A stretch of DNA of 39,483 nt from Catajapyx aquilonaris (taxonomy: Eukaryota): positions 1-39,483 of the forward strand of contig KZ538992.1 of the NCBI GenBank assembly GCA_000934665.2, written 5' to 3'. Numbering within the stretch: position 1 is the stretch's first letter; every line of letters begins with the position of its first letter. Position numbers and translations under genes: made by a program. This document shows positions 33,401-39,483 of this stretch, piece after piece. Under the pieces are notes generated by a model. It had not been told where the DNA came from. It did no database searches and saw only the letters and a list, made by a program, of their open reading frames with translations.

Positions 33401-36400
33401 TTTCTTCCTCCATACTTTATACACATGAGAAGTGTTGTAGTAACGTATAATCGCAATGCAAGACATGCATGCGTGATGTGGCAACCCATGCACAGATCCC
33501 CTACTTTTTACATTATGCACGATTCCGCCCACTAATGATATCAATGCATGTTGTTAGGATGGTAAATGGCTGGAAAACACTACCAAGGCATTTTTTTCTT
33601 CTATCACCTAGTGGGCTGGCTGAAAAATAAAGTTGGCATCAGTTATGTTCTTAGTTCACATCCATGCTGTAAAGTAGGATGTGAACAGTGCCCACTGAAC
33701 TTCAGCGAACTTGGCAAGCACCTTCAAACCTCAAAAATAAGCATGTTATATCCCCTTATCATTTGAATGGTTATGTCAATACAGCTGTATGCCTAATTTT
33801 TTCAAAAAGGAAGCATACCAATCCCACCTTACACATGCAGTGCACTTCCTGTGTGGGTGAGTTTGATATGTTAGCACCCATAAGCCAAAGTAAGACAAGT
33901 GGTATGTGAAAAGGGTGATGGCCCACACCTAAAATAAAGGTGGGAACTAAACAAACAGCTATACTCACCAAGATGAAAAGGAATTTCTGGAAGAGGAGAA
34001 GTGAAAGAGGTGAATCCTGTGTGATGCGTGCAAAATAAATCAATCCATTACTTTAAGAGCAGGTGGTGAAGAGATATGGTGTACCAGTGGTCACAATTTT
34101 GCCAGAAAGTGACACAAAAGCCAAGATTAACTTTAAGATTAAGATTAAGCAACAGTGTACCAAGTCATGTAATTCAATATTTTGCTGCTAGAAAATGAAA
34201 TTAATAGCTATTAATCTGCAGAGTATATTTATTCGTATATTTTTACTGAACTATTCATTAACAAGCACTGCTACGGCACATTTGATTTTCAAGCACTGGT
34301 ATTAGAGGGTGGATAGCCCTATCAACAGCACGGTACCAAAGGAGAGCACTTCGTCTTGAATTCAAGTTGCTCAAGAATTTCTAACAAAAGTTATCATAGT
34401 AGTTTTTGGCCCCATTATGTAGATCATACTTATTTTACTTGGGATAGGGCTCATTCAGCAAGCCAAGCAACCCTCCAAACGTCCCTGCTACATAGGTCAC
34501 TTGGCATACAAGATGAGCCCTACTGCCAGCAGGTAAAACTGCAAATCTATTGTAGGCATGTACTATGGGCGCCAAAAGAATTGACCGGAGTTGATGGGTA
34601 TATAGCGCCATTTACCCATCAACTCCGGTCAATTCTTTCAATGTTCGTTTCAATGTAGTACAAGAGAAATCTTCGAAGTCCAAAAAGCCAGTTTTGACAT
34701 AGTGAAAAGCAAAAATGCGACCTTGAACTTGTTTATGTGCTAGTGAAGGCAGAAAATCCTGGCTTAATGGCGCATTATGAATCTTTAGGACTAAATGGAC
34801 TCCACCAGGCAAGAGAGCAGAAAAATACCAACACTGCCAAAATTTGATATGTGGATTTTCTTGTATGCCCATATTATATTATACTGTATATTATCTCTGT
34901 AATGAGCCAAAATCACCAAAATCAACTACAGCCAAGAAGCTTAAATCCAAGGGAAAGTGCACACATTTGGCACCAGCTGGCATATAAAAATGAAGCCTAT
35001 AAATATGTTGGGAAAACAAGAGTTCTATGCATTAAGTAACATTAACCTCTTATTATCTCAGGCTTTGTTCAGTTTTCAACAAGACTTTTTTTTTTGTTAT
35101 TTTGTTTTTGTTTTTGTTTTTTACGATACCCCGTGATAAGGCTGAGCCTTTTTAGGGGGGGTGGAATATCACCATTTCACTCCATTTCTCCTATTATCTT
35201 CATTCACCAGTGCAAGGAGTCAAGGATGTAGGGTAGGGGTAGGGATTTTTGGGGAGGGAACATTGGTGCAAGTGCAATGTCGGTAAAGGGGTTATGTGCT
35301 GTTCCCCAGGAGGTTAGGTTGCCAGACACCTCCTTGGTGCAGGTCAGAGACCCTCCTGACGTAGGTGAAAGGAAAGTTCCCCAGGCGGGGATCGAACCTG
35401 GGGCCTTTCACTCAGCAACCCGAGACGTTACCATCTCGGCCATCTACACCTCCCCAATTTTCAACAAGACTTCAAATGCACTTCCAAGAATTTGTTTTGT
35501 GGCATCCCACAATTAGTAGTTTTAGTGGTGCCTTTAGCTAATAATGCCAAGAAAAGGTCACCCCCTCTTCCCCATACATAGCTTCAGTTGTAAAAATGTG
35601 GGGTTGAAAATTGCAGTTTTGCAGTTCTTTCAATTGCCACATGGCCAAGGTTGTAAGATGTAGGATTTCAAATGTCCAATTTTATACCAATACACAATGG
35701 GAAAGAATAAAAAATATTCTTTCAAAAGTCCCGACATCGAAAATTTCTTCAGGCTGCAACTTATACCTAGGTATAATCATGTATGTCTAGTCTATCATAG
35801 AGTGAAATATTTTTGACCTACAGGTGCTTCAGTTATGATTGTATGAAATGTGAAACACACAAGTATTTTCCCTCCATAATTTCACACACCCAGGTAGACC
35901 CCGTCAAGGTTCTCTTGACGCCACTGTGAAACTTGTGCCCAACCCCCAATTTGAAAATGTTCAAAATTATTCAATGTGGAGTACATATTGTTTGTAATAT
36001 CAAATGCCTCCCACACAGTAAACAAGTTTAGGAATTGTTAGTGTGGTAAGTTGTACTGGAGCTATCTATACTTATACTCAACTGACTGGTGTATTGCTGA
36101 AACAAGTGATGCTCATGTAATATCATAATTATGAGGTCTTTTGTGAGTTTCTATGGTCATAATTGCAGTGAACACTTGATCATCATTTTAAAATTCTCTC
36201 CCACTGTGCAATTATAGATTACACACGAATTTCAGGAGGTTTAAAAGGGCAGTTTCAGTTTTAATTTAATCTTAAGGATCTACCAATCAGCAAGGGCTGG
36301 TCCATCCCTCTCCCTTTCATTTGGTGTTAGTCCCTCAGTCTTGGGCACTGACCAATGAGAGACAAGAATTCAGACGATTCGGACAGAAAACTTGTGCACC

Positions 36401-38076
36401 TCTCAGGAACACCACAAACTACAGTGTGCAGCTGCACTAATAACAGATCCTGGTAGTGCCAGTGAAGGGCTCAAGGTACTGCCAATAGGCTGACATCTTG
36501 TCTCCTCTAGCTGCAAGGGTGCAAAGGTATGAACTACCTGACCACCAAGCCTGGCAACTATGGAGAACTAAAACTAGTACACTATCATAATTATGCAAAC
36601 TTTGGACAAAGGACAATGGTGAGAAACTAAAAAGAAGAGCAGAACGGCCTGTGTGTAGACCCCTTAACCTTTGATTAGTCTTTACTAAAACCAACATTAA
36701 TGTAATCAATGATTGTGCCTATGGGTTGCAAATCTTCAAATGGGATGTAACCAAGCACAACCAATAGCACGTAATCACCCATGTCATTACCACCAGTTGT
36801 TGTGAGTTTACCTTATGTTAATAACTTCTACAAGTAGTGCAAGGGTACATCAATTAATATAGTTACTATAACCTTAATAAGACAGATGTCAGAAAAAAAT
36901 CTTTCTCCTAGCGAAACTCAAGTTTTCTCCATAAAGTAACATTATATATGGGTGACTTTTCACTTTTCCAACACGAGATTTTTAAGCTCTGTCCGCCACA
37001 AAAAACCAGTTAACCTTGACCTTCCTATTTTTGAAAGATTCTCCCAAAACTCATCAACACATCCCACCCAAAACTTAACCAGTGAGACCATTTTTAGTTA
37101 TAAAAATTATTTATCTGTCATCAATTATTGTGCAGATAGGGAAGAATTCTCTTGAATACGCTTGTACCACTCTCAGGCAGGCCACACATGCATTGCTGGC
37201 AGGGTCAGACTGATATGTGACCGAAAGTACTGTATTGTTTCTTAGCCTCTGCCAGGCCTTTTAAAGTTTTTCCAGCCAAATGGCACATCCCAGGCTAGAG
37301 GGCACCACCCGACACTGGTGTTGGTGTGGGATCCGTCAACAATTGATCATTTAGAAAGGGGGGGAAAAGTGCACCCATTGGAATACGTCGACTCACCAGC
37401 CTGAAGCAGGAGAATTTATTATCAAGGGCAACCCAAAGATCCCTAACTTAGTTTCTCTGCCCAGATTACTCTTGCTCTAAACTATTTAGAAACATTTAAT
37501 AAAATATTCAACACCAATGGACAAATAGCTAGTTACACAAGTTTGGGGATTAAGTCATATCTATAGTACATCAGTGCAGTTTGTCATTACTACTAGTACC
37601 TACCATGAACAGGAAGAGCTGCACCTGACATACACAAGAAGGTCTAAATTTGCTTGTCCGGTTCAATTAGGCTAATGCAGTCAGAAGTAGTTCTGATGTG
37701 GACAAGCAATTCCCAACCTTCCTGCACATTTGAGGTACAGCTTTTTTCCTGTCCATGGCATGTTACCCCTACTTGAAGAATCCTTCCATTATTAGCATTC
37801 TTCGCAACAAATATCACCAACGATAAAAAATTTCCATGACTGACACTATCCACCCTCTGGCCAAGTAAATATTAACACTGTCATTAGAAGCATTTTCTCC
37901 ATAATGCCACTGAATTACTTTACAATTGATCTAATAAACTAAAATACCATAATTAATTCACTCACCTCGTTGTTTCAAATTGCTTTCCACATTAATGAAA
38001 CTATCATAAAAGATGTAATAGATGTGCGTATAATTTGCTTCGAAGAAGGTCTTCGCTTCACTCGCATCCACATTAT
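4143..38076 (-). CDS. RALGAPA1: Ral GTPase-activating protein subunit alpha, partial spliced gene (25 coding exons in window; first exon and GAP-domain exons outside)
   Basis: Exon translations match remembered RALGAPA1/2 motifs in order ([88 protein letters not shown]). All junctions are GT-AG and phase-compatible. A1 versus A2 orthology cannot be resolved. Confidence 0.95.
4849..5798. mobile_element. Tc1/mariner derivative built from two inverted transposon 5' ends with decayed transposase N-terminus
   Basis: TA-flanked cagggttgggcaaaatgtatggcctgatttgaatcacgtggtac at both ends; both arms translate to VSWS..H.A...E.YFK.N....A.RRIFL.HF.LG (HTH, DUF4817-like). Confidence 0.85.
6094..6342. mobile_element. 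hAT (Charlie-like) MITE
   Basis: TIR cagtggttcccaac / gttgggaaccact; 8-bp TSD atcgagac / atctaggc. Confidence 0.85.
6708..6976 (-). mobile_element. tRNA-derived SINE
   Basis: Minus-strand A box TGGTCTAGCGG, B box GGTTCAAATCC, poly(A) tail; perfect TSD cattatacttaatt (6694-6707, 6977-6990). Confidence 0.9.
7659..7922 (-). CDS. RALGAPA1: RalGAPA coding exon (VLNMVAEG...STIGLAART)
   Basis: ctgcag / gtagga, phase 0-0; ends in conserved AART. Confidence 0.88.
8317..8826. mobile_element. pogo/Tigger-like MITE
   Basis: TA-flanked ca.ttgactcc / gaatcaactg termini; subterminal ggttataaca-type repeats. Confidence 0.65.
8965..9320 (+). mobile_element. Non-LTR retroelement 3' end (LINE 3' UTR or SINE)
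   Basis: 3' part tttatagtttatttttataagtt...agttcatat...tcatc.ctgactaccccttatagggaa matches the reverse complement of 22135-22250. Confidence 0.6.
10228..10789. mobile_element. PIF/Harbinger-type MITE nested in the Tc1/mariner relic
   Basis: TAA flanks (10225-10227, 10790-10792); ~70-bp imperfect TIR cacac.ggccatc.a..gtcttgtct.cggtc. Confidence 0.8.
10452..10646. mobile_element. PIF/Harbinger-type MITE nested in the previous MITE
   Basis: TAA TSD (10449-10451, 10647-10649); 28-bp TIR agcc.gctccacactggctgagtttctc with one mismatch. Confidence 0.85.
11095..11274 (-). CDS. RALGAPA1: RalGAPA coding exon ([11 protein letters not shown]...[14 protein letters not shown]...LLFTVFK)
   Basis: tgatag / gtcagt, phase 0-0. 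Confidence 0.93.
11402..11677. mobile_element. Palindromic MITE (near-perfect hairpin)
   Basis: Arms ~11402-11532 and 11565-11677 are complementary apart from an 18-nt insertion and ~2 mismatches. Confidence 0.85.
11700..11930. mobile_element. hAT-like MITE
   Basis: TIR caggggtc.aa / ttcgacccctg; subterminal tgcactcca repeats; flanks agatgg / agacgg. Confidence 0.7.
12361..12471 (-). CDS. RALGAPA1: RalGAPA coding exon ([37 protein letters not shown])
   Basis: tttcag / gttggt, phase 0-0. Confidence 0.93.
12618..12807. mobile_element. Small MITE, unclassified
   Basis: Imperfect TIR gac.gctcaagatat.gcggt.gatt / aatccaccgcgatatcttgagccgtcta. Confidence 0.6.
13091..13211. mobile_element. 121-bp TA-flanked palindromic MITE
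   Basis: TIR tca.cagt.caaaaagaattgtccctcgc; inner hairpin tcaggatgaaag.aaccagttaactggtt.ctttcatcctga. Confidence 0.75.
13602..13903 (-). mobile_element. tRNA-derived SINE with V-domain-like body
   Basis: Head gggcggcacagaggtgtagtggttagcg...gagttccatccc; (ATT/ATG)n tail; TSD aactgatttcat (13590-13601, 13904-13915). Confidence 0.88.
14066..14386 (+). mobile_element. tRNA-derived SINE (Lm1/Talua-like body)
   Basis: A box TGGTGTAGTGG, B box GGTTCGAATCC; body ctgac...ggttttctgtggtttccc...taggccacagccgcctccttcc; (ATT)n tail; TSD tattcatttatttc. Confidence 0.9.
14703..15501. mobile_element. Tc1/mariner-type MITE, copy 1 (SINE-interrupted)
   Basis: TIR cagggtgaagggaaact..cggacaatc.ccaggtagactgatagtac; second copy at 18094-18519. 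Confidence 0.85.
15090..15438 (+). mobile_element. tRNA-derived SINE, same family as 14066-14386
   Basis: Same accgaagcag head and body; long (ATT)n tail; 20-bp TSD with 2 mismatches (15070-15089, 15439-15458). Confidence 0.9.
15844..16137 (-). CDS. RALGAPA1: RalGAPA coding exon ([17 protein letters not shown]...[10 protein letters not shown]...FLMALR)
   Basis: tttcag / gtgaga, phase 0-0. Confidence 0.94.
17130..18061. mobile_element. CpG-rich non-autonomous DNA transposon, possibly Harbinger-like
   Basis: Degenerate TIR attc.caaa.gag.gcaa..atac.tggcg.aagt vs acttgcgccatgtat..tttgcgctcatttgtgaatccacccc; internal IR gaggggtaaatcactc / gagtgatttacccctc (~17648-17744). Confidence 0.55.
18094..18519. 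mobile_element. Tc1/mariner-type MITE, copy 2 (uninterrupted)
   Basis: TA flanks; same TIR and body as 14703-15501. Confidence 0.85.
18596..18727 (-). CDS. RALGAPA1: RalGAPA coding exon ([44 protein letters not shown])
   Basis: ttccag / gtgagt, phase 0-0; translated by hand (not in ORF track). Confidence 0.92.
18935..19140. mobile_element. hAT (Charlie-like) MITE
   Basis: TIR cagc.ttt.tc.acc / ggtcgagaaacgctg; TSD ctttagag / ctttcgag; gaaccc subterminal repeats. Confidence 0.85.
19212..19367 (-). CDS. RALGAPA1: RalGAPA coding exon ([20 protein letters not shown]...HEGLVGSDQ)
   Basis: ttgcag / gtcagt, phase 0-0. Confidence 0.93.
19427..19525 (-). CDS. RALGAPA1: RalGAPA coding exon ([33 protein letters not shown])
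   Basis: ttgcag / gttagt, phase 0-0. Confidence 0.93.
19590..19786 (-). CDS. RALGAPA1: RalGAPA coding exon (DMNYSSG...[31 protein letters not shown]...TLYK)
   Basis: tttcag / gtgata, phase 1-0. Confidence 0.94.
19861..19992 (-). CDS. RALGAPA1: RalGAPA coding exon ([44 protein letters not shown])
   Basis: gtcagt donor; 5' boundary uncertain (GAG acceptor giving start 19992, or TAG giving start 19971, both phase 1). Confidence 0.8.
20057..20622. mobile_element. piggyBac-type MITE
   Basis: TIR ccctttcagtacc / ggtaccgagaggg; TGAA / TTAA flanks. Confidence 0.65.
20804..21300. mobile_element. Kolobok-type MITE
   Basis: TTAA TSD (20800-20803, 21301-21304); ~63-bp TIR agggacactccactcaaaatgcaagttgg.ctctaaaaatcgggcaa.aaatcctgattccga with 2 mismatches. 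Confidence 0.9.
21420..21866 (-). CDS. RALGAPA1: RalGAPA coding exon, Ser/His/Gly-rich linker ([10 protein letters not shown]...[14 protein letters not shown])
   Basis: ttggcag / gtaatt, phase 1-1, 447 nt open frame within ORF 21412..22065; weak conservation. Confidence 0.75.
22135..22260 (-). mobile_element. Non-LTR retroelement 3' end with (GAT)n tail, abutting assembly gap
   Basis: Reverse-complement match to 9208-9305; (CAT)n on plus strand. Confidence 0.6.
22261..22299. other. Assembly gap (N run) within poly-C
   Basis: 39 N flanked by C runs. Confidence 0.99.
22660..23633 (-). pseudogene. 5'-truncated RTE-clade LINE reverse transcriptase relic
   Basis: [22 protein letters not shown] (decayed YADD), [21 protein letters not shown] and [12 protein letters not shown] motifs; one in-frame stop just upstream of ORF 22660..23412. 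Confidence 0.92.
23837..24080 (-). CDS. RALGAPA1: RalGAPA coding exon ([38 protein letters not shown]...NSVNS)
   Basis: ctttag acceptor; gtgaga donor chosen because it gives the phase 1 needed by the next exon. Confidence 0.9.
24173..24295 (-). CDS. RALGAPA1: RalGAPA coding exon ([41 protein letters not shown])
   Basis: tcctag / gtatgt, phase 0-0; highly conserved. Confidence 0.95.
24704..24815 (-). CDS. RALGAPA1: RalGAPA coding exon ([11 protein letters not shown]...[12 protein letters not shown])
   Basis: ccatag / gtggtg, phase 2-0. Confidence 0.9.
24875..25035 (-). CDS. RALGAPA1: RalGAPA coding exon ([17 protein letters not shown]...[24 protein letters not shown])
   Basis: tttcag / gtaagg, phase 0-2. 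Confidence 0.94.
26002..26174. mobile_element. PIF/Harbinger-type MITE
   Basis: TAA TSD; TIR aggtgc.tttacatgtg.gcgat; internal hairpin tattgtttgagg / cctcaaacaata. Confidence 0.85.
26529..26630 (-). CDS. RALGAPA1: RalGAPA coding exon ([34 protein letters not shown])
   Basis: gtgcag / gtgagg, phase 0-0. Confidence 0.9.
26967..27918. mobile_element. Non-autonomous hAT element (Tip100-like termini)
   Basis: TIR cagtgttcgaaatt / aatttcaaaccctg; perfect 8-bp TSD ggttgtat; gtcgcca subterminal repeats. Confidence 0.88.
28097..28435 (+). mobile_element. tRNA-derived SINE related to 35088-35457
   Basis: A-box-like TGGCGTCGCGG, B box GGTTCAATCCC; shares tgcactt.gcac and atggtg..attccaccccccc-taa with the other copy. 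Confidence 0.7.
28981..29091 (-). CDS. RALGAPA1: RalGAPA coding exon ([11 protein letters not shown]...SAEGSSVE)
   Basis: tatcag / gtgatt, phase 0-0. Confidence 0.87.
29248..29637. mobile_element. Tc1/mariner derivative with inverted 5' ends
   Basis: TA-flanked cagggtggc.at.aagt.tggaaccaatgg TIR; arms extend into decayed transposase start ([20 protein letters not shown]). Confidence 0.8.
29739..29910 (-). CDS. RALGAPA1: RalGAPA coding exon ([35 protein letters not shown]...YKDWIQMN)
   Basis: ttacag / gtaggt, phase 2-0. Confidence 0.93.
30832..30957. mobile_element. Possible tiny piggyBac-type MITE
   Basis: ttaa-ccct ... aggg-ttaa boundaries; little further TIR identity. Confidence 0.4.
31137..31274 (-). 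CDS. RALGAPA1: RalGAPA coding exon ([12 protein letters not shown]...[15 protein letters not shown])
   Basis: ttttcag / gtaagt, phase 2-2, open frame linking neighbours; low sequence conservation. Confidence 0.82.
31339..31495 (-). CDS. RALGAPA1: RalGAPA coding exon (DLPEIRK...[13 protein letters not shown]...SSYLA)
   Basis: aatcag / gtacga, phase 1-2. Confidence 0.88.
31592..31733 (-). CDS. RALGAPA1: RalGAPA coding exon (VMKVSWRD...[24 protein letters not shown])
   Basis: tctag / gtatgt, phase 0-1; conserved [11 protein letters not shown]. Confidence 0.93.
31801..31916 (-). CDS. RALGAPA1: RalGAPA coding exon ([39 protein letters not shown])
   Basis: ttgcag / gtaaag, phase 1-0. Confidence 0.92.
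31977..32149 (-). CDS. RALGAPA1: RalGAPA coding exon ([12 protein letters not shown]...VFHDGNH)
   Basis: tttcag / gtaagt, phase 2-1; inside ORF 31969..32187. Confidence 0.92.
32511..32682 (-). CDS. RALGAPA1: RalGAPA coding exon ([25 protein letters not shown]...[18 protein letters not shown])
   Basis: ctccag acceptor, gtaagg donor, phase 1-2; conserved motifs. Confidence 0.93.
34575..34638. repeat. Perfect 26-bp inverted repeat with 12-nt loop (probably core of a ~100-bp MITE, 34561-34660)
   Basis: aaagaattgaccggagttgatgggta / tacccatcaactccggtcaattcttt. Confidence 0.9.
35088..35457 (-). mobile_element. tRNA-derived SINE
   Basis: A box TGGCCGAGATGG, B box GGTTCGATCCC, A-rich tail; perfect TSD ttttcaacaagactt (35073-35087, 35458-35472). 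Confidence 0.9.
37966..38076 (-). CDS. RALGAPA1: RalGAPA coding exon ([37 protein letters not shown])
   Basis: tcag acceptor, gtgagt donor, phase 1-1; aligns to the N-terminal ENAESIDLKQFF...HIYYVFFENF segment of human RALGAPA1. Confidence 0.92.
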
Positions 38077-38311
38077 CTGAAATACAAATATAGCAGTCCT
38101 GTACTGACCTTTAAAATCTCAACAGACTCTGCCAGTGACAAAAACTGATGTCCCTTATTGTCTAACAAGCACCTTAGTTTAGGCCTTAGTTAGGGCCTGC
38201 TGTTTTAATTATTCATTTTAAAAATATCTCATTATCTATTATGGATATCATGCAAAATCAGAAACAGGCCTTTAATTTGCATTTGTGCAATCTTCTCCTG
38301 CAAATTAGTTA

Positions 38312-38520
38312 CAGTAAAACTTCTGTAAGTCGAACTTCCCTAAGACGAAGTTCTCTATAAGTCGAAGAAAAATATGAGCTTGGTTGGTCACAATGTAAAA
38401 TAATAGGAAATCAGTTTCCCTAACTCGAATTTCTATAACTCGAAGTTCTCCATAACTCGAAGTGCTGGCAGGGCCTTACGATGGGATATCAATGCCCTCC
38501 CTAAGTCGAACTTCATGTTG
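38312..38520. mobile_element. pogo/Tigger-like element left end
   Basis: ta-cagtaaaac start followed by repeated taa(g/c)tcgaa subterminal motifs. Confidence 0.65.
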
Positions 38521-38728
38521 GCGAGTACAGAAAAATTTTTCATTTCCCAGCCTAAGGGTCTAGAGTAGGCCACATGTACAGAAAGGCTTGATTTCCTGAT
38601 CTCCGTCTACCAGACGTACTGAAAAAAGGGTGTGACTCGATTGTGACAATTGAATCCTTGAATCTAAGAGTATAGGTCCATAACAGATTTTTTTACACCA
38701 AAACGACGAGGAACATGGCAGGTGTGAC

Positions 38729-38900
38729 CAGGCCTGGATTTAGGGCGGTGCGACAGGTTCCCCCGCACAGGGCACCAAGCCGAGGGGGGCACCCCAAGGC
38801 GCCGGGCGGAGGAAAAAAAAGTTATCCCTAGTCAATCACAACTTTCAAAAGTGTCGCCCAGCCCCCTGGTTCTTCCAGCCTAGCCCTGTACCGAGGGGAG
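38729..38900. mobile_element. hAT-like element left end
   Basis: caggcctggatttaggg terminus with gcacagggc/ggggggcaccc subterminal motifs; right end not identified. Confidence 0.5.
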
Positions 38901-39246
38901 GGGGAAAATCGCGAAATTCTGGAAGAGGCCTAAAATTCTTAAATTAGTCGAACTGGTCAAAACCCTATAATAGCCTACAATCAAATGAAAGATCATCACG
39001 AGGAGAATGCATCTATGGAGTTAGTTGCATTCATTTCATCATATTTCTTTTGATAAAATATGTTAATTGCGTTTTGCCCACTTACACTACCGCATTTTTT
39101 AAAAATTCGGAAAAATGTCTTAATTTCAGCCTTTTCCAAAACTTCGTGATTTTCCCCTCCCCTGGAATCGTGCAACATGGATGAAACTAGTCTTGGTATG
39201 CAGCGTTATGGCACAGGCGTTTATAGCTGTCATTTTTTTCCCAGCA

Positions 39247-39298
39247 AAATCCGAGATGGTCAAGCAACATTTCAGCCCACTTGATTCTGAATGACCCC
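39247..39298. mobile_element. Terminal fragment of the family ending at 863
   Basis: atccgaga.ggtc.agcaacatt...gcccacttgattc.gaatgacccc shared with 814-863. Confidence 0.7.
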
Positions 39299-39458
39299 AA
39301 CATCTTGACGACGTAGGTTTTTTTTTTGACTGCCCCACTGAGGTCAATTATTATTACAAAGTTCAGACAGAGTGAAAGGTCAGCTAAAGCAATGAATTCC
39401 CATGAATTCGTTTTTGTCTGATTTTGAAAATCTAGCAAAAAAAAGCAAAAATACCTAA

Positions 39459-39483
39459 GGGGTCGTCCATATACCACGTGACC
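39459..39483. mobile_element. Harbinger-type terminus running out of the window
   Basis: taa-ggggtcgtccatataccacgtgacc. Confidence 0.45.

Noticed and set aside
4143..38076. U12-type introns
   Set aside because: No donor matches GTATCCTT or ATATCCTT; all 25 donors look U2-type
38330..38515. Spaced short direct repeats (taactcgaa) resembling a CRISPR-like array
   Set aside because: Irregular spacing and short units; typical pogo/Tigger subterminal repeats in eukaryotic DNA

Overview
Eukaryotic, most likely arthropod, genomic DNA. The whole window lies inside one minus-strand gene encoding Ral GTPase-activating protein subunit alpha (RALGAPA1/2 ortholog). I traced 25 consecutive coding exons (38076 down to 4143; 4604 nt, about 1534 codons). 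All have GT-AG introns and mutually consistent phases. The first coding exon and the C-terminal Rap/Ran-GAP domain exons fall outside the window. Introns are either tiny (59-96 nt) or expanded by a dense, often nested set of mobile elements: Tc1/mariner and pogo derivatives, hAT, Harbinger, Kolobok and piggyBac-type MITEs, a ~1 kb fold-back family, several tRNA-headed SINEs and an RTE LINE relic. I found no convincing new protein-coding system. The most interesting signals are at RNA level: reverse-complementary fold-back copies flanking a symmetric 558-nt exon, near-perfect hairpins, a 3' stem-loop tail shared by different SINEs, a V-domain-like SINE, and a probable GAG splice acceptor. TE superfamily labels rest on terminus and target-site-duplication (TSD) patterns read by eye, not on database searches.
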